64,000 nt of DNA from Christensenella sp. UBA6094 (GTDB taxonomy: Bacteria; Bacillota; Clostridia; Christensenellales; UBA6094). The translations under genes and the position numbers were made by a program. This document shows, in pieces, positions 36,850-47,528 of this stretch. Position 1 is the first letter of the stretch; each line of letters begins with the position of its first letter. The DNA lies in contig DIWY01000003.1 of assembly GCA_002435915.1 (NCBI GenBank), positions 73,369-137,368 of the forward strand, in the 5' to 3' direction. Under the pieces are notes generated by a model. It was not told where the DNA came from and made no database searches. It saw only the letters and a list, made by a program, of their open reading frames with translations.

Positions 36850-37431
36850 TTACATTTGGATTATTTCAGCACCTAAGTACTTAGCTTCATCAATATCATG
36901 GGTGACAAATATGGCACATTTATTCACCAAATGAGATTTAACAATATCCATTACATTATATTTAGTATCGTCATCTAAGCCTTTAAAAGGCTCGTCCATT
37001 ATAATAATATCCGCATCATATAGAAGTGCTCTTGCGATAGCAACACGACGTTTCATTCCACCGCTAAGCTTACTCACGGCTTCATTTGTGCTACCATTTA
37101 GGCCGAGTTCATTAAGCAGAGCAGTTATTTCGGCTTTGCTTACGGCATCACCGCATACAAAAGCGATATTATCAACTGCATTTAGCCAGTTTAGCAGTCT
37201 ATCTTCTTGGAACACTACAGATATTTTCTTGCCAACGACACCTTCTATTGTTCCGCTATCAGGTTTAATAAGCCCTATAATTATATTAATCGCTGTTGTT
37301 TTTCCTACACCAGATGGGCCCATAATACAATTAATACTGTTATCTTTAAAGACTGCAGAAAAATTATTAAGGACAGCTTTATCATTAAAATTTTTGCTGA
37401 TGTTACCGAGCTTAATTGGCAATCTTATCAC
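36850..37431 (-). CDS. ABC transporter ATP-binding protein (NitT/TauT-like, short form)
   Basis: Walker A GPSGVGKTT, signature LSGGMKRR, Walker B IIIMDEP. Confidence 0.85.
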   Translation of the reverse strand: MIRLPIKLGNISKNFNDKAVLNNFSAVFKDNSINCIMGPSGVGKTTAINIIIGLIKPDSGTIEGVVGKKISVVFQEDRLLNWLNAVDNIAFVCGDAVSKAEITALLNELGLNGSTNEAVSKLSGGMKRRVAIARALLYDADIIIMDEPFKGLDDDTKYNVMDIVKSHLVNKCAIFVTHDIDEAKYLGAEIIQM

Positions 37432-38206
37432 CCCAATCCAAGCTGATATTATTCTTAAGTAATTTTATAAGAACAAAAAACAGCTTTTCAATAATAATGC
37501 TAATTATTATGATTACTACAGTCCAAGCAAACAAATCTGGAGTTTCTAAGAAGATTTTCGCATTATAAAGTGAAAAACCAATTGAGTTATTGGGTAGGCC
37601 GATTACTTCCGCAGCTATACCAGATTTCCAGCTGAAACCTAGACCTACAGAGCATGCCGCGCTGTAGTAGGGCAGAAGAGAGGGTATATAAATGTATTTA
37701 AACTTTTTGGAAGAAGGCACATTAAAGACATTTGCCATATCAAGAAGCTTTCTATCAATATTCTCAAGCCCTATTAGCATATTTGTATATATGATAGGAA
37801 GTACCATAAGAAAGCTTATGAATGTTGACAGGTATGCAGTGTTGATCCAAACAAGTGTTAATATGATAAACGATGCAACCGGTGTTGCTTTCATAATCGA
37901 GATAACGGGAGATAGAAAGTCTCGGAAAAATGTGCTTTTATTTGATAACAAAGCAAATACAACCCCAAAAATGTTTGCAAGAATGAAACCAAAGAATATT
38001 TTTGTGAATGAATTAAATATCGAGTTCCAAAAAGACGAATCAGCCCCAAGCTGAATTATCCTTTGAACGACAACAACAGGAGATACTAGTAGTATCTCCT
38101 GCGCAATTAACATACTCGCTAACTGCCACACACATATCCATAGTGAGGCAAATAACATTTTTCTGATAGTTTTATTGTATTTACTTATTGTAATAGAAGT
38201 TGTCAT
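37412..38206 (-). CDS. ABC transporter permease (NitT/TauT-like)
   Basis: Multi-TM protein with a binding-protein-dependent permease layout. The start is taken at ATG 38206, which follows AGGA. Confidence 0.8.
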   Translation of the reverse strand: MTTSITISKYNKTIRKMLFASLWICVWQLASMLIAQEILLVSPVVVVQRIIQLGADSSFWNSIFNSFTKIFFGFILANIFGVVFALLSNKSTFFRDFLSPVISIMKATPVASFIILTLVWINTAYLSTFISFLMVLPIIYTNMLIGLENIDRKLLDMANVFNVPSSKKFKYIYIPSLLPYYSAACSVGLGFSWKSGIAAEVIGLPNNSIGFSLYNAKIFLETPDLFAWTVVIIIISIIIEKLFFVLIKLLKNNISLDWGDKIAN

Positions 38207-39212
38207 CAGGCAGTTTTCCTCCAACGGATGCTGCGTTTTGTTCGTATAGTGCTTTTAAATATCCGGAAATTTTTGTTTTCATTTCTGATCCGTCTATATA
38301 TGTAACGTTACATTTTGGTATAGCTATTTGTGCAATTGCTGAGGGAACAATGTTATTTTTCTCAACAAGCTTTGCAGTTTCATCGATATTTGTGTTAGCG
38401 TATTCAGTTGATTTTTTGTATTCAGCCAAGAATGCATCAACTTTAGCTTTATTATTCTTTAATACTTCATTTCTAACAATTAACACGCCTGTTACAACTG
38501 ATCCATTAGAACCATTACTAGCTTTATCCCACTCAGCGGACACATCAAGAGCTATACGTAGATTTTTGTTTTTCGTAAGCACTGTTGTAACGTATGGTTG
38601 AGGTAACATAGCTATTGCAGCTTTGTCTTGGTCAAGCATTGCTGCTACTTCTGTTGATTCGGATTTATATACAATTGTAACATCTTTTTCAGGGTTTAGT
38701 CCATTTGCTTTTAAGATGTAGTTAAGAGTATATTCTGGAGTTGTACCTTTACCTGTAGAGTAGATCGTTTTTCCTTTTAAATCTTTGACAGAATTAATGG
38801 TAGTGCCATTTTCTACTAAATAAAGTACGCCCAGAGTGTTAATGTTTGTTACAGTGATTGCACCATTTGTCTTATTATACAATACTGAAGCTAGGTTACA
38901 AGGAACTGCTGCGATATCTACTTCGCCTTTTATAATTTTTGCAGTTATTTCGTCAGGTGTACCGACAATAGTAAAGTTATAATTGCTTGCAGTTTTACCT
39001 TGGCTAGCGTCCTCAATTAGTTTTACCATACCAATAGCTGTAGGTCCTTTTAAAGCCATAACATTTAAACTATCTTTAGATGCTGTCGCACCAGGAAGTT
39101 GAGTTTGTGTTGCGATTGGCGAAGGAGCGGCAGTTGTACTTGTGCAAGCAGTAAAAATTGAAAGAGACATAATTAATGCGGTAATTGAAATAAGTGTCTT
39201 TTTTAGGTTCAT
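38181..39212 (-). CDS. ABC transporter substrate-binding lipoprotein (NMT1/THI5-like fold); substrate unknown
   Basis: Lipobox IFTAC and a periplasmic-binding-protein layout. First gene of a three-gene operon. Confidence 0.75.
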   Translation of the reverse strand: MNLKKTLISITALIMSLSIFTACTSTTAAPSPIATQTQLPGATASKDSLNVMALKGPTAIGMVKLIEDASQGKTASNYNFTIVGTPDEITAKIIKGEVDIAAVPCNLASVLYNKTNGAITVTNINTLGVLYLVENGTTINSVKDLKGKTIYSTGKGTTPEYTLNYILKANGLNPEKDVTIVYKSESTEVAAMLDQDKAAIAMLPQPYVTTVLTKNKNLRIALDVSAEWDKASNGSNGSVVTGVLIVRNEVLKNNKAKVDAFLAEYKKSTEYANTNIDETAKLVEKNNIVPSAIAQIAIPKCNVTYIDGSEMKTKISGYLKALYEQNAASVGGKLPDDNFYYNK

Positions 39213-39360
39213 AAGTATCAGTCCTTCTACTATGATTTTTATTTAACAAAGTCAATTTAAATTATACCACCATTTATATATAAAATAACACTAATTTTCA
39301 ACAAAAATAAAAAAAGCCTTAAGAAGGCCATTTTTATAATAGAATAGTAGACTGGATTTT

Positions 39361-40197
39361 TCAGAACACTACTTCCTTAGTTATGGTATCAGAGGGTTCT
39401 TTTTCAAACTTGTTTTCAATCAAGAAGCCTTCTAGCGTTGGGTTCTCAAGAGGTATGGTGCAAGTGATTTTGTTTACACCTTTTGCTTTAGCATATTGTT
39501 TAGCAAAATCTAGGCATTTTTCATAATCGCCATGCATCATTGCAATGTGTAAAGATAAATTATGCTGGAATCTTGAACCGCAAACTATAAAGCTACCACT
39601 TTCTTTATCTTCGAAGACTTTTCCTTCGGATGCAAGCCCTCTGGCTGTGCTTTCACTTATACGAAAGAACGTACGGTTAAACACTAAGTAACCATGATAC
39701 TCGTCGCTTAGAGGTAAGATTAGCTCTACTGCTCGGTCACTTGAAACGTGTGAGAAATTATGATCTTCTTTAGGCGCTTTGAAGTTAGCTAAATTATAAC
39801 CACGGAACTGGCAAGCCTTATGTAAGCCATATTTTTCAGCAAGACCAGCGCTTATTATATTTGATGCTCCTGTATACATAGCCATTGATGGACAACCATA
39901 TTTTTTTGCTTGCTCAATATATGATTTATAGATGGCTTTGCCTACACCTTTGCCTTGGTACTCGGGGTCAACGCGTAATGTTTCTAGCCAACCACTACCG
40001 TCATAAAGAACTGTGAATTTGCCGATGCCAACCATTTTACCGTCAACGAACGCGCAATTTAGTTCGCCAGCAGTAGAATTGAAATAATCCCATACATCTT
40101 TTAAATAGCAATAGTCGTTCATGGCAGCCTTTTCTACCGCTGTACATTGCCCAAGATCCTCGTTAGTGGCGTACTTCATTATTATTTCCATTATCAT
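39361..40197 (-). CDS. GNAT family N-acetyltransferase (two-domain)
   Basis: The acetyl-CoA binding motif is LRVDPEYQGKGVGKAIY. Confidence 0.75.
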   Translation of the reverse strand: MIMEIIMKYATNEDLGQCTAVEKAAMNDYCYLKDVWDYFNSTAGELNCAFVDGKMVGIGKFTVLYDGSGWLETLRVDPEYQGKGVGKAIYKSYIEQAKKYGCPSMAMYTGASNIISAGLAEKYGLHKACQFRGYNLANFKAPKEDHNFSHVSSDRAVELILPLSDEYHGYLVFNRTFFRISESTARGLASEGKVFEDKESGSFIVCGSRFQHNLSLHIAMMHGDYEKCLDFAKQYAKAKGVNKITCTIPLENPTLEGFLIENKFEKEPSDTITKEVVF

Positions 40198-40311
40198 ACC
40201 TCCGTTTTGGTAATTATAGTCTTTAATTCATTTTACCACTTTTTCAGTCAGCGTAAATACTTTATTTTATAAAGTAAAAAAGCTCATTTCTGAGCTTTTT
40301 AAATAAATAGT

Positions 40312-41514
40312 TCAATCGTGCCTTAATGCCTCAATTGGCCGTAACTTACTGGCTGTATTTGCAGGGTATAGACCGAACACTACACCAACTGCGACGGAGA
40401 ATCCAATTGCCAGAAGAACTAAGCCACCAGAGATAGCAAGCGTCATACTTAGTACATTCGAAAGTATAATTGTACATATATAGCCAAGCAAAAGTCCAAT
40501 TACACCACCACTTAATGAAATTACAATGGATTCAATAAGGAATTGCAATAGGATATCTTTGCGTTTTGCTCCAATGGCTTTTCTTATGCCTATTTCCTTT
40601 GTTCTTTCACTTACTGAGACAAGCATTATATTCATTATGCCTATTCCGCCAACTAGAAGCGAGATACCTGCTATGCCGCCTAGCATTGCTGTAAGCGTAC
40701 TTGTTGTTGACGCAACAGTCTCGATCAGTTCATTTTGGTTGTATATTTTGTAGCTAGAGTTTGTTGTTGTGCCATCTGAAGATACTGTACTCGTAACACC
40801 AAGCTTATCATCTAAAAAGCTGGATATTTTATTTTCAGCTTGAGTAATCGTATCTTCTGACGTTGTGGAAACGTAGAACGATTTTATTGAAGATTGTAGG
40901 AATATTCTTTGTGCAGTTGAAAAGGGTATGATTATTCGCTCATCATCATTAGATGTAGATGATGTACCTGTACTTGTTAGAACACCGACAATTGTGAACT
41001 GTTTGTTTTCAATTGTGATCGTTTCGCCGATACAATCTGTTGTCCCAAAAAGATTTGTAGCTACATCGACACCAACAACGGCGTTCGTTAGTTTGTATTC
41101 AATATCAACGTCTGTTATGTATCTGCCATAATCTAATGTATCACCAGCAATGCTTTCGTACGATGGATAGATTCCAATTATCTTGGTGTCTTCATCAGTT
41201 TGGCTTCCGCTTTTTGTCGTTACGGAAGATGAGAGTGAAGGAGATATGTTTTCAATTCCGTTACTCCCTGCAAGCTCCATAAGTTCGCTAGCAGTAAAAG
41301 ATTTTGATGAGTTACTAGTTATCGTAACTGTAAGCGTGTTTGATCCTAGCGCTTTAATTCGACTTGTAACTTGATCTCCAGCACCTTGCCCGATTGATAC
41401 AAGAACTATTACAGAAAGAACACCAATTATTATACCGAGCATGGTAAGAATGGAGCGCATCTTATTATATTTTATAGAGAGTAGTGCCATTTTTAGCCCT
41501 TGAAAAAATGTCAT
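40312..41514 (-). CDS. MacB-type ABC permease (FtsX domain with a large extracytoplasmic domain)
   Basis: 400 aa. TM1, a ~230-aa external domain, then a 3-TM FtsX C-terminus (KEIGIRKAIGA). Confidence 0.85.
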   Translation of the reverse strand: MTFFQGLKMALLSIKYNKMRSILTMLGIIIGVLSVIVLVSIGQGAGDQVTSRIKALGSNTLTVTITSNSSKSFTASELMELAGSNGIENISPSLSSSVTTKSGSQTDEDTKIIGIYPSYESIAGDTLDYGRYITDVDIEYKLTNAVVGVDVATNLFGTTDCIGETITIENKQFTIVGVLTSTGTSSTSNDDERIIIPFSTAQRIFLQSSIKSFYVSTTSEDTITQAENKISSFLDDKLGVTSTVSSDGTTTNSSYKIYNQNELIETVASTTSTLTAMLGGIAGISLLVGGIGIMNIMLVSVSERTKEIGIRKAIGAKRKDILLQFLIESIVISLSGGVIGLLLGYICTIILSNVLSMTLAISGGLVLLAIGFSVAVGVVFGLYPANTASKLRPIEALRHD

Positions 41515-42203
41515 ATGGCATCACCTGCCCTATAAATATTTTCGTTTACTATTTTCCCGTCACGTATCTCTATACTTCTTTGAGCTTCTTTTGCTAGTGA
41601 CATATCATGCGTAATTAGCATGATTGTATTGCCGTTATCATTTAGCTCGTGTAGTAGAGCTATTATCTCTTTACCAGATTTACTATCAAGGTTACCTGTA
41701 GGTTCGTCGGCTAAAATAAGGGAGGGGTTTGTAACAAGAGCTCTTGCTATAGCAACTCTTTGCTGCTGACCTCCAGATAATTCAGTTGGTCTATGCTTAA
41801 CTCTACCCTCGAGTCCAACTTTTTTTAGAGCTTCAATCGCTTTTTCTTTTCTTTCATTTGCACTAATTCCCTGATATATAAGAGGGAGTTCCACGTTTTC
41901 TAGTGCTGTGAGTTTCGAGAGTAGATTAAATCCCTGAAAAATAAAACCGATTTTTTTATTTCGTACTTCGCTTAATTGTCTATCGCTTAAGTGCGTTACA
42001 TCCGTGCCAAAAAGTATATATGTTCCTTCGTCTGCTGAATCAAGGCAACCAACAATATTCATAAGAGTGGATTTTCCTGAACCAGAAGGGCCAACAATAG
42101 ATACAAACTCTTTGTCTTGGATGGTAATGGAGACATCATCTAGGGCATTTACAGTTTCTTCGCCCATTGCATATCTCTTTTTTATATTGTTTAGTACTAA
42201 CAT
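41511..42203 (-). CDS. MacB/LolD-type ABC ATP-binding protein
   Basis: Walker A GPSGSGKST, signature LSGGQQQRVAIARAL, Walker B ILADEPTGNLD. Confidence 0.9.
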   Translation of the reverse strand: MLVLNNIKKRYAMGEETVNALDDVSITIQDKEFVSIVGPSGSGKSTLMNIVGCLDSADEGTYILFGTDVTHLSDRQLSEVRNKKIGFIFQGFNLLSKLTALENVELPLIYQGISANERKEKAIEALKKVGLEGRVKHRPTELSGGQQQRVAIARALVTNPSLILADEPTGNLDSKSGKEIIALLHELNDNGNTIMLITHDMSLAKEAQRSIEIRDGKIVNENIYRAGDAI

Positions 42204-42242
42204 GCACATTACCTCTTATTTCATTAAGTTGTTATCTAATTA

Positions 42243-43907
42243 TTAGTTGCTTGGTTTTTGTTGAGAGTCTGGTCTTGTCCCACCAGTACCACCAGCACCG
42301 CCTGTTCCTGAGCCACCAGTCAAACTTTGAACGCCCATCATGCCAGCTGCGCCACTTGAAGATGAGGAGCCAGCATTTCTGTAATAAATAGTATCGCCTT
42401 CATTCAGTCCCGATGTTATTTCTGCATACGAGCCATTGATTAAGCCTACTGTAACTGTAGTTCTACCGCTTTGAGTAGTTGCTGTACCTGTAGATTGAGT
42501 ACTAGATGGAGCTGCAGTGTTAGTAGCTGTGCTTGTTGTGCCAGATACGCTTGTTAATACGTACTTATTATCACCACTACCAAGGATGGCTCCAACAGGT
42601 ACTAGAAGTATATCCGTTTTTGATTCAGTCACTATTGTAGCGCTTGCGTTCATGCCAGCATTAACACCTTCTGCGTCTTTAATTACTATTGTTACAGGGT
42701 AAGTTGTGACACTGCCAGTAGTGCCTACTCGAGATACGCTTGTAACAGTACCTGTATAGGTTTTGTCATCGATAGCGTCAAACGTAATTTTTGCTGTTTG
42801 ACCGATCTTAACATCATTGATATCTTCTTCATCCACAGCAATTTCAATCGCCATATCTGAAGAAGTTTTTATTGCGCATAGTTCGTCGCCAGATTTTACA
42901 GTATCTCCTACTGATAGATTCTGACTAACTAAAGTGCCATCAGAAGTTGCCTTTATAGTAAGAGCGGCAACTTTAGCTTTGCTAGTTGCGTAGTTTTGGG
43001 CTGCTTGTTCTCTTTTAGCTATTAAGCTTTCAGTTGAGGAAGAGAGCGCACCTGAAATAGCAAACAATTTGCTACCCTGCGTAACTGTGGAATTTACGCT
43101 ATAGTAAACAGCAGTAATTGTTCCTGTTGTTGCTGAAATTGTAATAGGCTTATTTGGAACGAGTGTGCCAGTACCTATTACAGTACCGCTTGAATTTTTA
43201 GCAGTTACTTTTGTATCCATGCTGTATGTATCACCAGCGACTAGTATTTTTGCCGATGTGCTGGAGGCTTCAGTAACAGTTGCTGTTTTAGTTGTGCTAC
43301 CGATAGTAAGAGTAATTTTGTCTCCAACACTAACTTTCGTATCGCCTAATGTTACATTAAGCACCATGTTGCCATCGGTAGATAGGAGCATAAGCCCATC
43401 GTATTTTGCGATAATTACAGGAACACTTGAGTTTGTCGTTGCATATATTTTTTTGATTCTCGCATCTACTGGCGCATATATGTAGCCGTCGCTAGTAGAT
43501 TGGTTTGATGAAGTAAGTTCAAGATCGATTGCAGTTAATGAACTTTTAAGACTATTTGTTTCACTGACAAGAGTGCTGTTTGTGAGTACTGCAATTACAT
43601 CTCCGGCTTTTACTTCCTCGCCAGCATTTTTATACACAGCGCTAACAGTTCCGTCAGATTGAGCGTATGTATATGCGGTACCAGTGGAATTAACTGTTCC
43701 GCTTCCTTCAATTGATACCTCTATATTGCCTTTGGTAACAGTTGTGGAACTATAGCTGTCTAAAGCTGACGCGGTACTTTTATTGAATTGGGAGCTGATT
43801 AAAACAAAACCTATAATTGCAACTACTAGAGCAGAAGAAGTTAATATAATGATTTTTTTCTTTTTCTTCATGTTCTTAAAGTTTTTCATGTTCTCCATTA
43901 CCTTCAT
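42243..43907 (-). CDS. HlyD-family membrane-fusion (periplasmic adaptor) protein with a Gly/Ser/Thr-rich C-terminal tail
   Basis: N-terminal TM anchor, lipoyl-like/beta-barrel segments, and a C-terminal GGSGTGGAGGTGG tract. First gene of the adaptor-ATPase-permease operon (YknXYZ-like). Confidence 0.7.
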   Translation of the reverse strand: MKVMENMKNFKNMKKKKKIIILTSSALVVAIIGFVLISSQFNKSTASALDSYSSTTVTKGNIEVSIEGSGTVNSTGTAYTYAQSDGTVSAVYKNAGEEVKAGDVIAVLTNSTLVSETNSLKSSLTAIDLELTSSNQSTSDGYIYAPVDARIKKIYATTNSSVPVIIAKYDGLMLLSTDGNMVLNVTLGDTKVSVGDKITLTIGSTTKTATVTEASSTSAKILVAGDTYSMDTKVTAKNSSGTVIGTGTLVPNKPITISATTGTITAVYYSVNSTVTQGSKLFAISGALSSSTESLIAKREQAAQNYATSKAKVAALTIKATSDGTLVSQNLSVGDTVKSGDELCAIKTSSDMAIEIAVDEEDINDVKIGQTAKITFDAIDDKTYTGTVTSVSRVGTTGSVTTYPVTIVIKDAEGVNAGMNASATIVTESKTDILLVPVGAILGSGDNKYVLTSVSGTTSTATNTAAPSSTQSTGTATTQSGRTTVTVGLINGSYAEITSGLNEGDTIYYRNAGSSSSSGAAGMMGVQSLTGGSGTGGAGGTGGTRPDSQQKPSN

Positions 43908-44079
43908 TCAGACATACCTCCATATTAATAATTGTTGTTTGTAAGTATATGGACTAAATGTGCAGAGAAGGTGGACTAATTATGAGCGAATTATGGCATT
44001 TGTGATATTTTAAACGGTATTAACATATGTAGAGAACAAAAAAAACAACCGCCATAAGGCGGTTGTTTTAAAAAGACTT

Positions 44080-45258
44080 TTATTTATTGTTTTTAAGCCA
44101 GCAAATTGCAGCGTATGCAAGGCCTGCAGCTTGATTAACAAGGACACTCTCATCAAAATCAACCATTGAAGTATGGTGTGATGTGAAATCCCAATCAGCT
44201 TTTTTAGCATATACACCTATGAAAGATGTAGGAACTATTTCTGAAACGTATGCAAAATCTTCACTACCCATATGTTTTGTTTCAACTATTATAGCTTTCT
44301 CAGGAGTTAGTAAGTCTTGCAAGTAGCCATTTATTTCCCTAACAAGATTAGGCTCATTGTATAGTGGAGGACAACCGGATTTCCATACTACTTCTGCTGT
44401 TGCCCCAAATGTTTCAGCTATAGAACTAGATATTTCTACTAAGCGAGTACGTATTTTTTCGCGTACTTCAGCGCTGAATGTACGAATAGTGCCTTCTAAA
44501 ACAGCAGTTGCAGGTATTACGTTTGCCATTGCCCCAGCGCTGAATCTACCAATTGTAAGAACTGCAGGGGATAGCCCTGAAATTTCTCTTGATATAACAG
44601 CTTGGAGCGCCAAATGAATATGTACACCAACGTTAATTGGGTCAATTGTTGTTTCAGGTGAAGCACCATGTCCGCCTTTTCCTGTAATGTTTATAGCAAA
44701 GATATCTGAAGAAGCTAGAGCTGCATCGATAAAGCTTGCCATAATGCCGCCTTCTTGTTGCGCAAATACATGAGCACCGATTGCTGCATCTACCTTTGGG
44801 TTTTCAAATAAGCCATCGTCGATCATTTTCTTTGCCCCTGCAATACCTTCTTCATCTGGTTGGAACATTAGTTTTACAGTGCCTTCGATTTCGTCTTCAT
44901 GCTCTTTTAATAGTTTTGCTACGCCAAGTAAGCCAGCTGTATGCATATCGTGACCACAAGCATGCATATAAGGCGTTTTACTTGCAAAAGGTAGTCCTGT
45001 TTCTTCAGTGATCGGCAATGCATCCATATCGCCTCTAACGATGATTACTTTACCTGGCTTTTTGCCACCAGCTAAAGCAACTAGTCCACATGGTCCGCAT
45101 GGTTTTGGGTCATACCCTAGTGCAACTAACTCTTTAGTTACATAAGCAACAGTTTTAGGTAGGTTTGTACCTAGTTCAGCATTTTCGTGGAAATATCTGC
45201 GATGGGCAATAAGCTCTGGCAGTATTTCTCCTGCTCTTTTAACAAAATTATTCTCCAT
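44080..45258 (-). CDS. M20-family amidohydrolase (N-acyl-amino acid amidohydrolase-like)
   Basis: Motifs MHACGHDMH and FQPDEEG. Confidence 0.85.
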   Translation of the reverse strand: MENNFVKRAGEILPELIAHRRYFHENAELGTNLPKTVAYVTKELVALGYDPKPCGPCGLVALAGGKKPGKVIIVRGDMDALPITEETGLPFASKTPYMHACGHDMHTAGLLGVAKLLKEHEDEIEGTVKLMFQPDEEGIAGAKKMIDDGLFENPKVDAAIGAHVFAQQEGGIMASFIDAALASSDIFAINITGKGGHGASPETTIDPINVGVHIHLALQAVISREISGLSPAVLTIGRFSAGAMANVIPATAVLEGTIRTFSAEVREKIRTRLVEISSSIAETFGATAEVVWKSGCPPLYNEPNLVREINGYLQDLLTPEKAIIVETKHMGSEDFAYVSEIVPTSFIGVYAKKADWDFTSHHTSMVDFDESVLVNQAAGLAYAAICWLKNNK

Positions 45259-45556
45259 ATATAATGATCCTTTCTTAATAATTATTATAATGTTATATAT
45301 TATATTATATATTCATACAGCACTAATTAATAGTAGTATAAATGCAGTTTTTACCATATTAAATAAATTATCAGTTTTTGTTATATTGTGTAACTGGCTT
45401 AGTTATAAATATAGATAAATATTGACAGGATTAGCTACGATAATCTATTTTAATTCATACATTGAGAATAAAACAATACTGTATCTAATTTAGTAAAAAT
45501 TAAGTAAAATATAGTATATAATAAATATGACCTGGGCAATAAAAAGAGGTGCTGAA

Positions 45557-46861
45557 ATGGATAATTTATTCCAATTGCAAATGCATAAGCGTTCACCACT
45601 TGCAGATAGAATGAGACCTACTAAGCTTGAAGAGTTTATAGGTCAGGAGAATATTGTGGGGAAGGGAAAACTACTAAGAAGAGCGATTGAGACAGATTCG
45701 CTAACTTCTTCGATCTTTTTTGGTCCTCCTGGTTGTGGGAAAACAACACTAGCATCTATAATCGCAAACGAAACAAAAAGTGATTTTATTAAGATAAATG
45801 CTGTATCTACAGGCGTAAAAGATATGCGTGCAATAATTGAAAAAGCAAAGACGAATCTTGAACTATACGGCAAAGCTACATATGTAATACTAGATGAATG
45901 TCACAGATGGACTAAAACTCAGAGCGATACAATTTTACCGGCAATTGAGAGTGGTGTCATACGCTTTATAGGCTCAACGACTGAAAACCCTATGATATCA
46001 ATGACAGCAGCTATTGTGAGCAGATGTAGAGTGTTTCAATTTTACCCGTTATCTAAAGATGATATATTAATAACCATTGATCGAGCTATAACGGATGGTA
46101 ACAATGGTTACGGAGATAAAGACATTAGAATAGAAAAAGAAGCGAAAGAGCATCTTGCAATGATTGCAAACGGTGATGTTCGAAGTGCTTTAAATGCTTT
46201 AGAACTTGCAGTTGAATCTACAAGTGCGGATGAAGATGGAGTAATACATATAACAAAAGAGATAGCAGAAGAGAGCATCCAAAAGAGGATGATAAACATT
46301 GACGATGAGCATTTTTACAATATGCTTTCAGCTTTCTGCAAAAGCCTAAGAGGCAGTGACTCAAATGCGGCATTAGCTTGGTTTGCAAGGATGATCTACG
46401 CTGGTGTGGATCCGCGTATAATTGCACGAAGAATGATAGCTCATGCAAGCGAAGACGTAGGACTTGCTAATTCAGGTGCTATGATTCAAGCTGTTACTGC
46501 GGCAAAAGCGCTAGAGATGGTAGGGATGCCAGAAGCTAGACTTTCTCTTGCCCAGGCAATAATATATATTTGCGAGTCGCCGAAGAGTAATAGCGTAGTG
46601 GCGGCGGTTGATAAAGCTTTTAGTGATGTTGAAAACTATACGGATGAGCCTGTACCAACACATCTAAGAGATACAAGCTATAAAGGCGCAAATAAACTTG
46701 GCAATGGTATAGGATATAAGTATCCGCATGATTTTGAAGGCCATTATGTTGATCAGCAGTACATGCCAAACTCAATTAAGGATAGAAAGTACTATGTGCC
46801 GAGCGAACAAGGACAAGAAAAAAATATTGTTCAGCTTCAAAAACAGAGAGGCAAGAAATGA
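45557..46861 (+). CDS. rarA: Replication-associated recombination protein A (AAA+ ATPase)
   Basis: ATG at 45557 follows AGAGGTG. Walker A GPPGCGKTT, DECHR, and a C-terminal MgsA domain (YKYPHDF). Confidence 0.9.
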   Translation: MDNLFQLQMHKRSPLADRMRPTKLEEFIGQENIVGKGKLLRRAIETDSLTSSIFFGPPGCGKTTLASIIANETKSDFIKINAVSTGVKDMRAIIEKAKTNLELYGKATYVILDECHRWTKTQSDTILPAIESGVIRFIGSTTENPMISMTAAIVSRCRVFQFYPLSKDDILITIDRAITDGNNGYGDKDIRIEKEAKEHLAMIANGDVRSALNALELAVESTSADEDGVIHITKEIAEESIQKRMINIDDEHFYNMLSAFCKSLRGSDSNAALAWFARMIYAGVDPRIIARRMIAHASEDVGLANSGAMIQAVTAAKALEMVGMPEARLSLAQAIIYICESPKSNSVVAAVDKAFSDVENYTDEPVPTHLRDTSYKGANKLGNGIGYKYPHDFEGHYVDQQYMPNSIKDRKYYVPSEQGQEKNIVQLQKQRGKK

Positions 46862-46947
46862 CATAAATCGGCTCAATTCTTGTAATGACTATTACAGATA
46901 GTGCTTAAATATAATGTCACAACACAGAGGATATTGGAGGTAATAAG

Positions 46948-47451
46948 ATGATTGTCGAATTAATAGAGTTAACTATGAATAACGACGGAGTTGATGTATT
47001 TGATATGCTCAAAGAAATAGGGCCTGGAGAAAACGGATATGTAAATGATGGTTGTGCAATACAGATTGATGAACTACCAGCGTATTTAAAGAAGTGCGAT
47101 AATATGTCAAAAGCAATTGATCTAGCACCGCATATTGTTCCTCAAACAACGTTTTGGTTATACATAGATTGTGCACTTGTTGGAGTAGGCGAGTTAAGGC
47201 ATTATTTGAACGAAAACCTTAAAATAAGAGGTGGCAATATATCCTACACCATTAGACCTTCACAAAGAGGGAAAGGTTATGGCACTGTTATTTTGCAAGA
47301 ATTACTGAAGAAAGCAAAAGATAAAGATATAGAAAAAATACTGATCACCTGCAGTGAAAATAATCTTGCATCAAGAAAAGTAATTGAAAAGAACGGCTGT
47401 ATATTAGCAAGTATTAATAACGGAGAATGTTCTTATAGAAAAACTCTATAA
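46948..47451 (+). CDS. GNAT family acetyltransferase
   Basis: 167 aa. Motif IRPSQRGKGYGTVIL. Confidence 0.7.
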   Translation: MIVELIELTMNNDGVDVFDMLKEIGPGENGYVNDGCAIQIDELPAYLKKCDNMSKAIDLAPHIVPQTTFWLYIDCALVGVGELRHYLNENLKIRGGNISYTIRPSQRGKGYGTVILQELLKKAKDKDIEKILITCSENNLASRKVIEKNGCILASINNGECSYRKTL

Positions 47452-47528
47452 TTTCAGTTTTGGTTTAACTCTTACTTTAATCAAGCTTTTCACGTCATCT
47501 AAAATTTGTGCGTCTTTTACTTCAATCA

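Noticed and set aside
36850-39360. The NitT/TauT-like ABC importer as a thiamine-precursor (ThiXYZ-type) transporter.
   Set aside because: No TPP riboswitch lies upstream of the operon. The only THI element in the window is in front of thiW at 50355-50450. The substrate is therefore left unassigned.
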